A stretch of 64,000 bases of DNA from Octopus vulgaris (Eukaryota), in NCBI GenBank assembly GCA_951406725.2, contig OX597819.1, positions 107,570,001 to 107,634,000 of the forward strand. The letters are read 5' to 3'. Positions 1 to 12,563 of this stretch are shown here, piece after piece; position 1 is the stretch's first letter; each line of letters begins with the position of its first letter. Under the pieces are notes generated by a model, which was not told the origin of the DNA, did not search any database, and saw nothing but the letters and a program-made list of their open reading frames with translations. A program made the position numbers and the translations under genes.

Positions 1-1779
1 TAGGTGTTTATAAAATTCCGTGTCCATAAGGACCACAGCACTCCCTTTGTCCGCTTCTTTGATGGTGAGGTTTTTATCCAGTTGTATGTCACGTAGGTTT
101 TCCCATTCTTCCTTACTGAAATTGGATTTTACCTTGGTTTTGCTTGGGGTAAAGGGAGACTCTGGATGTGTTTACAGAAATCGTCCAGTGTTTTATTTCT
201 CCCTTTTGGTGGTAGGAAGTTGCTTTTATTTCTGATCAATGAGTCGTCCCCATTGTTGATATCTGTCAAAGCTTCTGTTAGGCGAAGTTTTCTGCAGAAT
301 TCAGAAACGTCATCCAAACAAGACCCACCAAAAACCTGGTTTTCCAATCACTCTAACACCCCTCCCCCACCGATTAGAACCTTCAAGAACCTCCCATACA
401 CTAGAAATTATCCCCCCTCAAGGCTCCCCTCCCTCACACTAATAACAAACAAGGCATCCTACCCACACCGATACATATAAGACCCACCCAACGAACCCCC
501 TATAGTCCACCCATCCAACAACCACATTCCTACCACATCTCCTACAGATCTCCAAACCCTCACATCCCACACGAACCCAATCACCACAACTACATACCCC
601 CCTACATCCCCCCATACAATCTACCAGACACACACCCACAAACCCATCGCATTTCTCACAAATCCTTACACCATCGCATCCCATACCAACACAAATACGA
701 CAACTACCTACCCCCTCCAACCTCCCCACCCAAAAACACTCCTACACATACAACCAGAACTTTAACAAAGAATACACCCCTTACCTCAACAACCATTTTT
801 TAGACAGAGGGGAAAAATACAAACACCACCGCTAACACAGACCCAAAATAAGAAAACATCTTGCTAGGATGTTGATTTGGGTTGGTGTCAGTGTTTTGCT
901 GGAGAGGTTTATAATTTTTGTTTTCTTATTTTGGGTCTGTGTTAGCGGTGGTGTTTGTATTTTTCCCCTCTGTCTAAAAAATGGTTGTTGAGGTAAGGGG
1001 TGTATTCTTTGTTAAAGTTCTGGTTGTATGTGTAGGAGTGTTTTTGGGTGGGGAGGTTGGAGGGGGGTAGGTAGTTGTCGTATTTGTGTTGGTATGGGAT
1101 GCGATGGTGTAAGGATTTGTGAGAAATGCGATGGGTTTGTGGGTGTGTGTCTGGTAGATTGTATGGGGGGATGTAGGGGGGTATGTAGTTGTGGTGATTG
1201 GGTTCGTGTGGGATGTGAGGGTTTGGAGATCTGTAGGAGATGTGGTAGGAATGTGGTTGTTGGATGGGTGGACTATAGGGGGTTCGTTGGGTGGGTCTTA
1301 TATGTATCGGTGTGGGTAGGATGCCTTGTTTGTTATTAGTGTGAGGGAGGGGAGCCTTGAGGGGGGATAATTTCTAGTGTATGGGAGGTTCTTGAAGGTT
1401 CTAATCGGTGGGGGAGGGGTGTTAGAGTGATTGGAAAACCAGGTTTTGTGGTGGGTCTTGTTTGGATGACGTTTCTGAATTCTGCAGAAAACTTCGCCTA
1501 ACAGAAGCTTTGACAGATATCAACAATGGGGACGACTCATTGATCAGAAATAAAAGCAACTTCCTACCACCAAAAGGGAGAAATAAAACACTGGACGATT
1601 TCTGTAAACACATCCAGAGTCTCCCCTTTACCCCAAGCAAAACCAAGGTAAAATCCAATTTCAGTAAGGAAGAATGGGAAAACCTACGTGACATACAACT
1701 GGATAAAAACCTCACCATCAAAGAAGCGGACAAAGAGAGTGCTGTGGTCCTTATGGACACGGAATTTTATAAACACCTA
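1..1779. repeat. Large inverted repeat (fold-back): 1-858 is the reverse complement of 919-1779, with a ~60-bp spacer; the left arm runs off the window
   Basis: Base 1 onward (taggtgtttataaaattccg) is the reverse complement of 1779 backward; 841-858 acccaaaataagaaaaca pairs with 919-936. The arms differ by a few homopolymer indels and one substitution (DKG vs DKE). Confidence 0.95.
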
Positions 1780-3608
1780 GTGTTCTCCATGCTTAACAAT
1801 AACATTTTCTATGAGGTTATTAACAACTACAAACAGCAAAAAACAATCAGAAACCTCACCACACTCATACGCCAACACGGTCAGGGACTCACAGAAAAAG
1901 AAAGGGATTATATCACCATTTTCAAATGCAAGCCCAGCCTTTTTTATGGCCTTCCTAAAATCCATAAAAACAAATACATCACCGAAGCCTGCAAACTCTC
2001 CACTGACATCCACATCAACATCAAAGCACCGGAGGACCTAAAACTAAGGCCCATCGTGGCTGGTACCTCCTGTGAAACACACCGCCTGAGTAACTTCCTA
2101 GACATCCTTTTGAAACCTTTCCTTACCCACATCAAAAGTTTCATTAGGGATGATCTGGACATGCTCAAACACCTCCCGAAAACAGTTAACGAGGAGGCAC
2201 TCCTGGTATCCTTTGATGTCATCAACCTCTACACCAACATTCCACATGAGTATGGTATAGAGGCAATTGACTTCTGGCTAGAAAAACACCCAGAGACATT
2301 CCCTGACCGCATTAACAAGTCTTTTATTACAGAATCTCTTAAGTTCATTCTGACAAACAATTTTTTTCTTTCGACGACACACACTACCGTCAAAAATGTG
2401 GCATTGCGATGGGTACCAAGGCTGCACCAGTCCTTGCGAACCTCATAATGGGTTACTTCGAACTGTCACTCTATGAAATATCAAGCCAGAAATTTGGACA
2501 TGTTTTCCACACCTACCTAATGGAAAACTGGAAAAGGTATTTAGATGATTGTTTCATCATATGGAAAGAACCTTATGAAAAACTCCTGGAATTCAAAACC
2601 ATACTAAACAACATACATCCCAACATCCAATTCACTATGGAATTAAGTAAACATCATCTCCCATTCCTTGATCTCCTAATTATAAAAACACCTAAGAACC
2701 AAATCATAACAGACATCTACCACAAACCTACAGACTCACAACAATACCTCCTCTTTAGTTCATGCCACCCAAAACACACCAAGACAAATATCCCTTTCAA
2801 TTTAGCTAAAAGGGTATGCACCATTGTCTCGGATCCAAAAACACGAGAAATACGCCTTCAAGACCTCAAAAAAACACTATTACAACGTCAATATCCCTCC
2901 ACCCTTATAGAGTATGGAATAAAACGCGCCAAAGAACTAGACAACACTACACTGATAACCACCCAACCTAACACCACACACAACCTCAAAATACTTCCAT
3001 ACATTTCCACCCACAACCCCAAAAATATCGAAGCATACACCACAATCATACAAAACCTCAGTCTACTGTCAACAGACCCAAAAATGAAAAACATTATAAA
3101 TACACACAAAATCCTCAAATGCAAAAGGCAACACAAATCTTTAAAAAAACTCTTGACAAATGCCAAACTTCACACACCACATCCACCCCCAACAGTAAAA
3201 AAATGTGCACGCTCAAACTGTGGTACCTGCCCCTTTCTACTTGAAGGCTCTGAATTTACCTTCAAACAAGGTACGAAGTTTAAAATCAAGACTAACTTCT
3301 CCTGTTCCTCCGAGAACCTTATCTACGTTCTCACATGCGCTGGTTGCCAACATAATTATGTGGGACAAACGAGTCTCCCGTTACGTAAACGAGTAACGGT
3401 GCATAAAGAACAAATAAATCTCCCGGAATACCGACAAATTCCACTGAGTGACCACTTAGACTCATGTGCTAAAGACTTAAACCCCAAATTCTATATATTC
3501 CCCTTCTACCAATGTAAAGACGGGATCACCACACAGGAGAGAATTAACAAGGAGAATCTCTTTATTGAAAAATTCCAAACACAACTTAATATGCAAACTC
3601 CTCGTTGA
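1462..3608 (+). pseudogene. PLE reverse transcriptase + GIY-YIG endonuclease, split by a 1-nt frameshift at ~2361-2372
   Basis: Motifs FYGLPKIHK, LRPIVAG, SFDVINLYTNIP, AMGTKAAP, KRYLDDCF, LPFLD, linker CARSNCGTC, and NLIYVLTCAGCQHNYVGQT...H...HL...E...LN. One extra T in the T-run restores NNFFLFDDTHYRQKCGIAMGTK, so this may be a sequencing error. Confidence 0.9.
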
Positions 3609-4243
3609 TCAAACTTCCTTTCTCTACCTCACTCTTCATGGATGGACTAACACAAATATATAAAGATACCATGCATTCACCACTTCAAGCTAAAACTTAT
3701 ATTCTTTAAATATCATTTTCACTATTGTTGTTGTTACTACTATCATTTTTATTATAAATGATATGACAATTTGAAATGCAATTGTCTATGCAGTTTTATA
3801 TTATTAGAAAATAATATAAATAAAGTGTTAAAATCTGAAAGTTAAGTTAACAAGCAATTATATAAAAAAGATAATGCAAATGAAGCTAAAATGATAGTTT
3901 TATAATTTGGGTTTTATTGAAGAACTCAAAAGAGTTGTCTCCCCTTACTCACAACACAGGAACTGAAGAACCAGGACCACAATTACTACTACTTCCTGTC
4001 CTGCAACATGCTGAATTTAACAACACAACACATCACATGCTCTTAATCCCTTTGGATCTTAACACCTCAAGGTAATTTTTTGGTAAACAACCATAAAACT
4101 CAAGATACACAACGAACTCACAATGTATCGGAGAACTTATTTTTTAATTTTTGTACATTTTCATCATTATTCTTTTACAAAAAACATTGCAAGTTTCTTT
4201 TTTTCCCCTTTCTAATTTTTAAAAAAACTTCTTAAAACATAAA

Positions 4244-4284
4244 TATTCTTGACAAGTCATACATTGACGAAAACCGGTTGAATA
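4244..4284 (+). ncRNA. Type I hammerhead-like motif with U3:A8 core variant
   Basis: tattc-TTGACAA-gtca tacat tgac-GAAA-accgg-TT-gaata; helices I and II pair, and the stem III region is palindromic (aaccggtt). Confidence 0.65.
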
Positions 4285-4371
4285 AATATATATATTTATA
4301 TATTTTATCATTTTCTCATTTTATTAAAATTTTCTTTCATTTGAGCATTCTGCATTTTTAAAAAAAATTTT

Positions 4372-4422
<51 letters not shown>

Positions 4423-4423
<1 letters not shown>

Positions 4424-4806
4424 TAGCAGTATCGCCCGGCGTTGCTCAGTTTGTAAGGGAAATAACTATAAAGCATTTTTAGAGAGATATAGCAAAAAAA
4501 TAGCAAAAAATGGAAAAAAATGATGGTAAATTTTTTTTTGAGAGTTAAAAAAGGATGGAGTTGCGTCCCCTAGACAGCTTGTGGTTCGTGTTTCTAATTC
4601 TCGACCCCATGTCGAATTTATCGATTTTTTTCAGAACTGGGGGAACTTTTCAAAATTTTGGCTGCGTTAGTTTTGAATTATGACATTGGGCTATGTGTGT
4701 GTCAAGTTTCATCAGAATCGGTTGAAAGCCGTGGTCAGGGTGAGGGTACAAGCAAACAGACACACAGAAACACGCACAGACAAACTGCCGTTTATATATA
4801 GAGAGA
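4423..4806 (-). mobile_element. Non-autonomous Helitron-like element
   Basis: Minus strand reads 5'-TC...GC-rich hairpin region (gagcaacgccgggcga)...CTAG-3'; the same 3' end occurs at 17980-18006 and 50015-50045. Confidence 0.7.
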
Positions 4807-4927
4807 TATATACACACACATATATGTATATATGTATGTATGCATGTATACGTACAGATTTGTATGTTTTGTTTTATGCATGTCTTCTCATGCATATACC
4901 TGCATATCTCGACATGCATACATATAA

Positions 4928-5290
4928 TTAAATGATAATTTCTGGAAAGTTCCAGTGATTGATTGGCTCCGTAGTCTTCGAATTAGCTTTCTCTTTTCTG
5001 GATTTGAGAAGTCTAATTTCTCAAGATTGGTATTTAGGCAGTGTATTACCTATCTCGGTGTCCCCAAAATTACAGGTATAAACATGAACTTGTAATCTGG
5101 ATAGAGTAACCGCAGATTCCAGCGTAGGTGCTCTCATTTTCACTGATCCTCAGCTTTAAGTTAACATCCGCAGGGCAGCTGATTTCCAGTTTTACAGTTT
5201 CTCTTCTTTATCCTAAATCATTAAATCAGGTCTATTGTGTTTACATTTTATTGAGGTTTTCACTAGGACATTCCACTAGTACTCCATGTT
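4928..5290. repeat. Interspersed repeat associated with (TATG)n; second copy at 55312-55632
   Basis: Shared taaatgataa(a/t)ttctggaaagtt...ctaatttctcaagattggtatttagg...cagcttta(a/t)gttaaca; both copies abut (TATG)n. Confidence 0.75.
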
Positions 5291-5293
5291 ATT

Positions 5294-7070
<1,777 letters not shown>

Positions 7071-7074
7071 TACG

Positions 7075-7860
7075 TTGGTAGGTAGTAACGTTAATTGCTT
7101 CGTTCTTTGATTAATATATTTGTTTACAGTTCGGGGTTGAATATTCCTTCGCTTATTATTATTTTATTTTCCGTTTTAAGTATGTGTTGTATGTGTTTCG
7201 ACAATGTTCAGTAATTTCCATTCTATACGTTTAGTTCGCTAGTTTCTCTTTAATATTTTATGGTTTTTAAGTTCTACAGTTCATTGAGTGGTAATGTCAC
7301 TTTGATGATATTTACCTGTCTTCTATATTTTAACTTTTTTCAATTTCTATACCACGTATGTATAGATATGTATGTGACGGTTTATGTTTGAGATTTGGTG
7401 TATTGATTTGTGTTATGTAACAATAATCAGATGTAGATATAAGAGATATACTTCGTTAATGTTTGACCATTTCTTATTGTCTTTTAATTCCCGGACAACA
7501 TTGATGTTTGTAAGATTGTTGACACTGCTCGATTGAACTGTGCTGCACATGTGTGAAAACTATAATGATATCCGTTAGGCAGCTGAAGATAGGAGTATAC
7601 GTTTCATGTGTTTTTTCCTCATTGCTATGTTCTATTAACAGTTAACTTTATGTATCTTGCGTTTTCGTGGCTTTAAGTTATTCTTCATTAAAGTTTAAAT
7701 TCTAGTAGAGTTCAACTCGTTCGGCGAGTCCTTCGTCTTTTTGGTTTATGGTGATTTCATGGTATAAATTATACCATGTGTTCATATTATGTCATTTCCT
7801 TTGATTGGAATACTAATTCTCGTAATTGGTATGTTTGTCCAGGAGTTTCTAGTTTATGGA
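7075..7860 (-). pseudogene. Highly decayed PLE RT/GIY-YIG remnant (tentative)
   Basis: A/C-rich minus strand with peptide traces QCQQSYKHQCC (linker-like), NEVYLL...YITQ (GIY-YIG-like) and EWKLLNIVET; many stops. Confidence 0.35.
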
Positions 7861-7916
7861 GGTTTTATTACCTGCACATACACACATGCATATATGTATA
7901 TATATGTGTGTGTGTG

Positions 7917-8228
7917 TATCACGTGATCACGTGGCCGACTAGGCTTTCAGATGTTGCTACACATCGCTGATCACAATGCTCTTCGCACCGTTTTAGCCTG
8001 GAAATGACGCCACCCCACTAGCTAAGCGAGCAGGCTAACAGAAGAAAGAGTGAGAGAAAATTGTGGCGAAAGAGTACAACAGGGATCGCCACCACCCCCT
8101 ACCGGAGCGTCGTGAAGATTTAGGTGTTTTCGCTCAATAAACACTCACAACGCCCGGTCTGAGAATCGAAACCGCGATCCTACCACCGCGAGTCCGCTGC
8201 CCTAACCACTGGGCCATTGCGCCTCCAC
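7917..8228 (-). mobile_element. tRNA-derived SINE (family B)
   Basis: Minus-strand head gtggaggcgcaaTGGCCCAGTGGttagggcagcgg...GTTTCGATTCT with Pol III A/B boxes; related head at 47820 (+). Confidence 0.75.
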
Positions 8229-8347
8229 ATATACATACATACATACATACTTTCTGTGTATCTTTCTGTAGAAGAACGTAAAAGACATTTTCTATTCCTG
8301 AGCGCTATACTAATACATTCGTCTTTTGTTTATTATCGTAAACTTTC

Positions 8348-8381
<34 letters not shown>

Positions 8382-8850
8382 TTGATTCGTGCTCCTGTAT
8401 AGTTGTTAAATAACTTCTATATCTGTTGGAAACAATTCAAGCATGAATTAGAAGCATCTCGAGGTATATAAACGAAATATTAGTTTGTAGGGCGGCTGAT
8501 GGTTCTTAAACAATTCAGTATACAGTTATAGTCGGTGAGATAGCTTGCAGCAAACCCTGTTCGATGTGTGGTATTGATAAGTCAAGACAATGACAAAGCA
8601 TCGATGTCTGTCGGTCAGCACAAAAAAGGGACATGAGTAGTGTCGATTGTCTATCACTAACTTTCAGGTTTTACACCAGAAGCAATGAAAATATATTCTC
8701 CGACGCCTAAAAAACGCAACCTCCCGACGAACTAACAACACACGCACCTTGTGTATGTGTTCAAGATTGTGTTTACACATTCATACATACATACATACAT
8801 TAATACATTCATAAATACATACATACATACATACATACATACATACATAC

Positions 8851-9060
8851 AGCTGCAAGCACATCTGCGATGTTTCTCTCAGTTCTGATGGTTGCGGGTC
8901 TCCCAGAACGTTTGTCAATATCGATATTTTTTCGCCCATCTTGGAAACGTGTGCAGCTCATACACTCCTCTCCATACACTTTCTGCAGCTTTGTGTAGGC
9001 CTCAGAGCAGGTATCGCCATGAGAGCTTTCTCTGTTATGGTCAATGCGACGATCATACGC
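8851..9060 (-). pseudogene. Mariner transposase N-terminal HTH fragment
   Basis: Minus-strand translation GDTCSEAYTKLQKVYGEECMS...RFQDGRKNIDIDKRSGRPATIRTERNIADV. Confidence 0.75.
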
Positions 9061-10154
9061 TACACACTTTTTCTAATCACTGCTGTAAACAACTAAAGTG
9101 AGCTAGAACGTTAAAACTTAGCAGGGCAGAGTTCAAGTTCAATCTTTCCCAAACGGCTTCACTCTGGATGCTTTAGGTTCATTACTATGGCAACATACCG
9201 GATACTTATTGATCGGACCTCGTACATACATGCACTTTTAGGTCACGAAGTAATATAGGCGGATTTTTGAAGAATGCTTACAAGACCTTCAGCAATAACC
9301 ATCTCCTTAGATACGTCTTTTGTTTTTCAAAATTCCTGAATTGCCAACCTGTTTAGCTCTTTGTAGATTAAATTTCAAGTGTTTTCTTCTAACCAGTATT
9401 TACATTTACTTTTAAATTAAGCAGTATAACCCAACACATTCAAATCACTGGGGTATATAATAACGACAAGCTTACTTTCTTCGATATCAGCTGAAAGAAA
9501 TATCTATCAACAGAAATAAATAAATTATTGGAACTGCTATATGTGTTAAGCCTAGGGACGCAAGAAAATAACTACTATATATATCATACCACCCAAGAGA
9601 TATTCCGAGTTAAGGTCTCTTATAGATGGCAAAAAAATTTCTACAATAGTCTCTAATCATTCAACAATCGATTATGGGCAAGAAGTTTTAAAACGCAGAA
9701 TCTTCCCAGTGGAAAGTTGGTAGAGTTGCGTCAATTATAGATTAGAGTATGGGATGGGTATTGTGTGGGTGCGTGTTCGTTTTTGTGGAAACCGTTAATA
9801 TCTATGTAAGAGTAGCTAATACTAAAGTCATAACCATTAACGATTTTATGATAAGGTTTCATAGGAAATGATCTCTTAAGCCTAGAAAGGTTTTTAATAC
9901 AATAAATACATCTAGACTGAATAGAGGACTAAAATAGATTATCTTCATTTTTCTAACTCTTTTCGTGTTTTGTAGTAGAATGGGTGGTCTGCATATAAGT
10001 TAGCTTATCAGTAAAATCGCTTCTCTGGCTAATATCTTGCTAATATAGGGGTTAAGACCTGTTAATGTTCTCTCTATTTTGGTATTTGACAAGATTCTTC
10101 TGCAGATGATCGCGAATAGTTTTCTAATTTACAGACAAGAGTGGATGGTATACG

Positions 10155-10571
10155 CTCTTTTCTCTTTTACTCTTTTACTTGTTTCAGTCATTTGACTGCG
10201 GCCATGCTGGAGCACCGCCTTTAGGCGAGCAAATCGACCCCGGGACTTATTCTTTGTAAGCCCAGTACTTATTCTATCGGATTCTTTTGCCGAACCGCTA
10301 AGTGACGGGGACGTAAACACACCAGCATCGGTTGTCAAGCACTGCTAGGAGGACAAACACAGACTCACAAATATATACACAGACATATATATATATATAT
10401 ATATATATACGACAGGCTTCTTTCAGTTTCCGTCTACCAAATCCACTCACAAGGCATTAGTCGGCCCGAGGCTATAGCAGAAGACACTTGCCCAAAATGC
10501 CACGCAGTGGGACTGAACCCGGAACCATGTGGTTGGTAAGCAAGCTACTTACCACACAGCCACTACTGCGC
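10155..10571 (-). mobile_element. tRNA-derived SINE (family A, octopus OK/OR-like)
   Basis: Minus-strand head gtggctgtgtggtaagtagcttgc...ggttcagtccc, internal CA/TA tract and (AAAAGAGT)n tail; several near-identical copies in the window. Confidence 0.85.
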
Positions 10572-11105
10572 CAATACAAATGGATATAAATAATTTCTTC
10601 GTTAGGATTTTCTGTCTAGAAGTTCAGGTGATATCCAGCAAGTCGACATTTGTTACGTTGGCGGTAATAGTTACACTTGGGCTGGATTCTTTAATATTTC
10701 TAAGATTCTTCTTGAATTTAATCCTGGTGTGGCCGTTAACACGGTTTGGTATTACTTCCTAATACTGAGCCGAAATGGGAAGCGTTGTACGTCATCTTCG
10801 TGTATCTAAAATAAATACGCCGACGAGGTATGTGTGTGTGTGATTTGGCGCATGTATGTGTGCGTGCGTGGTGTGTGTGTGTGGGTGCACGTGTAGGTGA
10901 TTGTGTATGTGTGCGAGCGCATGTATGTGCCCGTGTATGTGTGTGTGTGAATGTGTGCGTGCGTGTGTGTTTGAGAGCGTGTGTGTGTATTACTTTCATC
11001 GTCAGAAGTTACAAATTGCTTAGAGTCGAATTTTGTGCATAGCACTTATTGAAGCTCTGTGTGTGTGTGTATCTGTGTGCACGTGTGTTTGTGTATTTGT
11101 GTATT

Positions 11106-11167
<62 letters not shown>

Positions 11168-11349
11168 TATTTGTCTGGAGTTAACTTGAAAGCAAACAAG
11201 ATTTGTTCATAAAGGGAGGAGTTGCAAAGTAAAGGAAAAGTGGATTGAAACGTATAAAAGAAAACTCTTAGTCAATAATTTGAGTGGATGAATAAAAGAA
11301 AAAAATATACTGCAGAGTATATTATCTTGGAGCCAAATTGTTTGAATTG

Positions 11350-11640
11350 GATAAAAAAAAACTGAAAGAAGTTGAAGAGAGAAGAGGAGGGAGGAGGAAG
11401 AGGAGGAGGAGGAGAAGGAGGAGGAGGAAAACAACAACAACAAATGACAAGGAGGAAAAGGAGAATGGAAGAGAAGAAAAAAAGAAGATAAAGATAATGA
11501 AGAAGAAAAAGAAGAAAAAGAAGATGAAGAAGAAAACGAAGAAAAAGAAGATGAAGAAGATGAAGAAGAAGTAGCAGAAGATGAAGAACAAGAACAACGA
11601 CGACTACGGTGACGACAACAACAACAGCTGCTGCAACAAG
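11350..11640. repeat. GA-rich trinucleotide low-complexity tract
   Basis: (GAG)n/(GAA)n/(CAA)n mosaic; explains the poly-S, poly-K and poly-F ORFs. Confidence 0.9.
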
Positions 11641-11724
11641 AAAATGCTTGATAAATTTTAAGTGAGGATAGGTTAAAGTTGGTCATACCGAAGATAGAAT
11701 TCTATAGATAATTGATTTCCAACT

Positions 11725-11769
<45 letters not shown>

Positions 11770-12136
11770 GCTTTTGTTTTTGTTTGTTGCTTGTTAATAT
11801 CTCTTTTTAAGGATATCAGTTTAATCATTTAGCTGAAATCAGTCGAGTGTGGAGCTAAATTAAGATGTATAGGGAAATTAAGATGTACAGGGATTCATGA
11901 CTTGTACTTAAAATGTCAGGTTCATTTACCAAAATGAACGAATACTAATTTTTCGGATTTATTTATATATACGAGTGTATACACACACACACACACAAAT
12001 ACATACATAAGGATGCGCATAGATATACATTCACATATAAGTTCTATGCACGTATAGATATATACACATGTATATATATATATACAGGGTCAAGATACAG
12101 GACTCTTGACCTGTCCAACAAAGCGTGATGCCTAAA

Positions 12137-12278
12137 CCAATCAGCTCAACCAACCAATCAGCTTAAGTAATTGAGTGATACTACACACTGATTGGTCAGA
12201 ATACAGTTTGCAAAACCTAGCACTCTGGAGCCTACCCAGCTGTATTTATAGCACAGAATCACTCATCTTGCTACAGTC
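12137..12278 (+). promoter_or_regulatory. Putative Pol II promoter in the pLTR
   Basis: CCAAT at 12137 and 12154, inverted ATTGG at 12191, TATTTATA at 12243-12250 and an Inr-like tacagtc ~30 nt later; upstream of the HHR and the ORF. Confidence 0.45.
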
Positions 12279-12313
12279 AAAAATTGTGAAGCATGACTGT
12301 CAACACTACTACA

Positions 12314-12358
12314 TGAACCCGAAGATTGCAGAATTCAATGCATGAAAGTACTAGTTCA
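12314..12358 (+). ncRNA. Minimal type I hammerhead ribozyme, U4C core variant
   Basis: tgaac-CCGAAGA-ttgca gaattcaa tgcat-GAAA-gtac-TA-gttca; 5-bp helix I and palindromic GTAC stem III. Confidence 0.75.
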
Positions 12359-12563
12359 ATCAGAATGAATATTTAACATTCTACTATTTCATTTTATTTT
12401 ATTCAATTATAATATATTATCTTATAATATATCATTATAAGATTGTAAATAAAACGTGAAAATCAGACAAGGTTGGAATTCTTTTTATTAATATATTCTT
12501 CTATACACAATCACACACACCCATATATATATATATCTATATTCCTATTGTGTATATGCCAAC

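Larger units (their letters stand above)
859..4376 (+). mobile_element. Penelope-like retroelement 1 (Neptune-type), with inverted 5' segment 859-1440 and 3' end running into (TA)n
   Basis: RT and GIY-YIG ORFs at 1462-3608. The minus strand of 859-918 encodes KIINLSSKTLTPTQINILAR, homologous to KIINLSKRDLDNDEIQLLSK of element 2. The 3' UTR carries an HHR-like motif, and (TA)n starts at ~4376. Confidence 0.9.
12085..12542 (+). repeat. 5' pseudo-LTR of PLE 2
   Basis: Matches 16357-16814 from cagggtcaagatacagg to ccatatatatatatatctatat. Confidence 0.95.

Noticed and set aside
439-1339. Cys/Gly/Val-rich ORFs 439-729(-) and 1028-1339(+) resembling metallothionein or keratin-associated proteins
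   Set aside because: They are the antisense reading of the C/A-rich PLE ORF1-like region in the two palindrome arms.
2361-2372. Frameshift inside the RT of PLE 1 as programmed recoding
   Set aside because: It falls within the RT core, where element 2 is continuous; a single-base homopolymer loss explains it.
11207-11686. Ser-rich and Lys/Arg-rich ORFs
   Set aside because: Trinucleotide low-complexity sequence with no domain or splice evidence.
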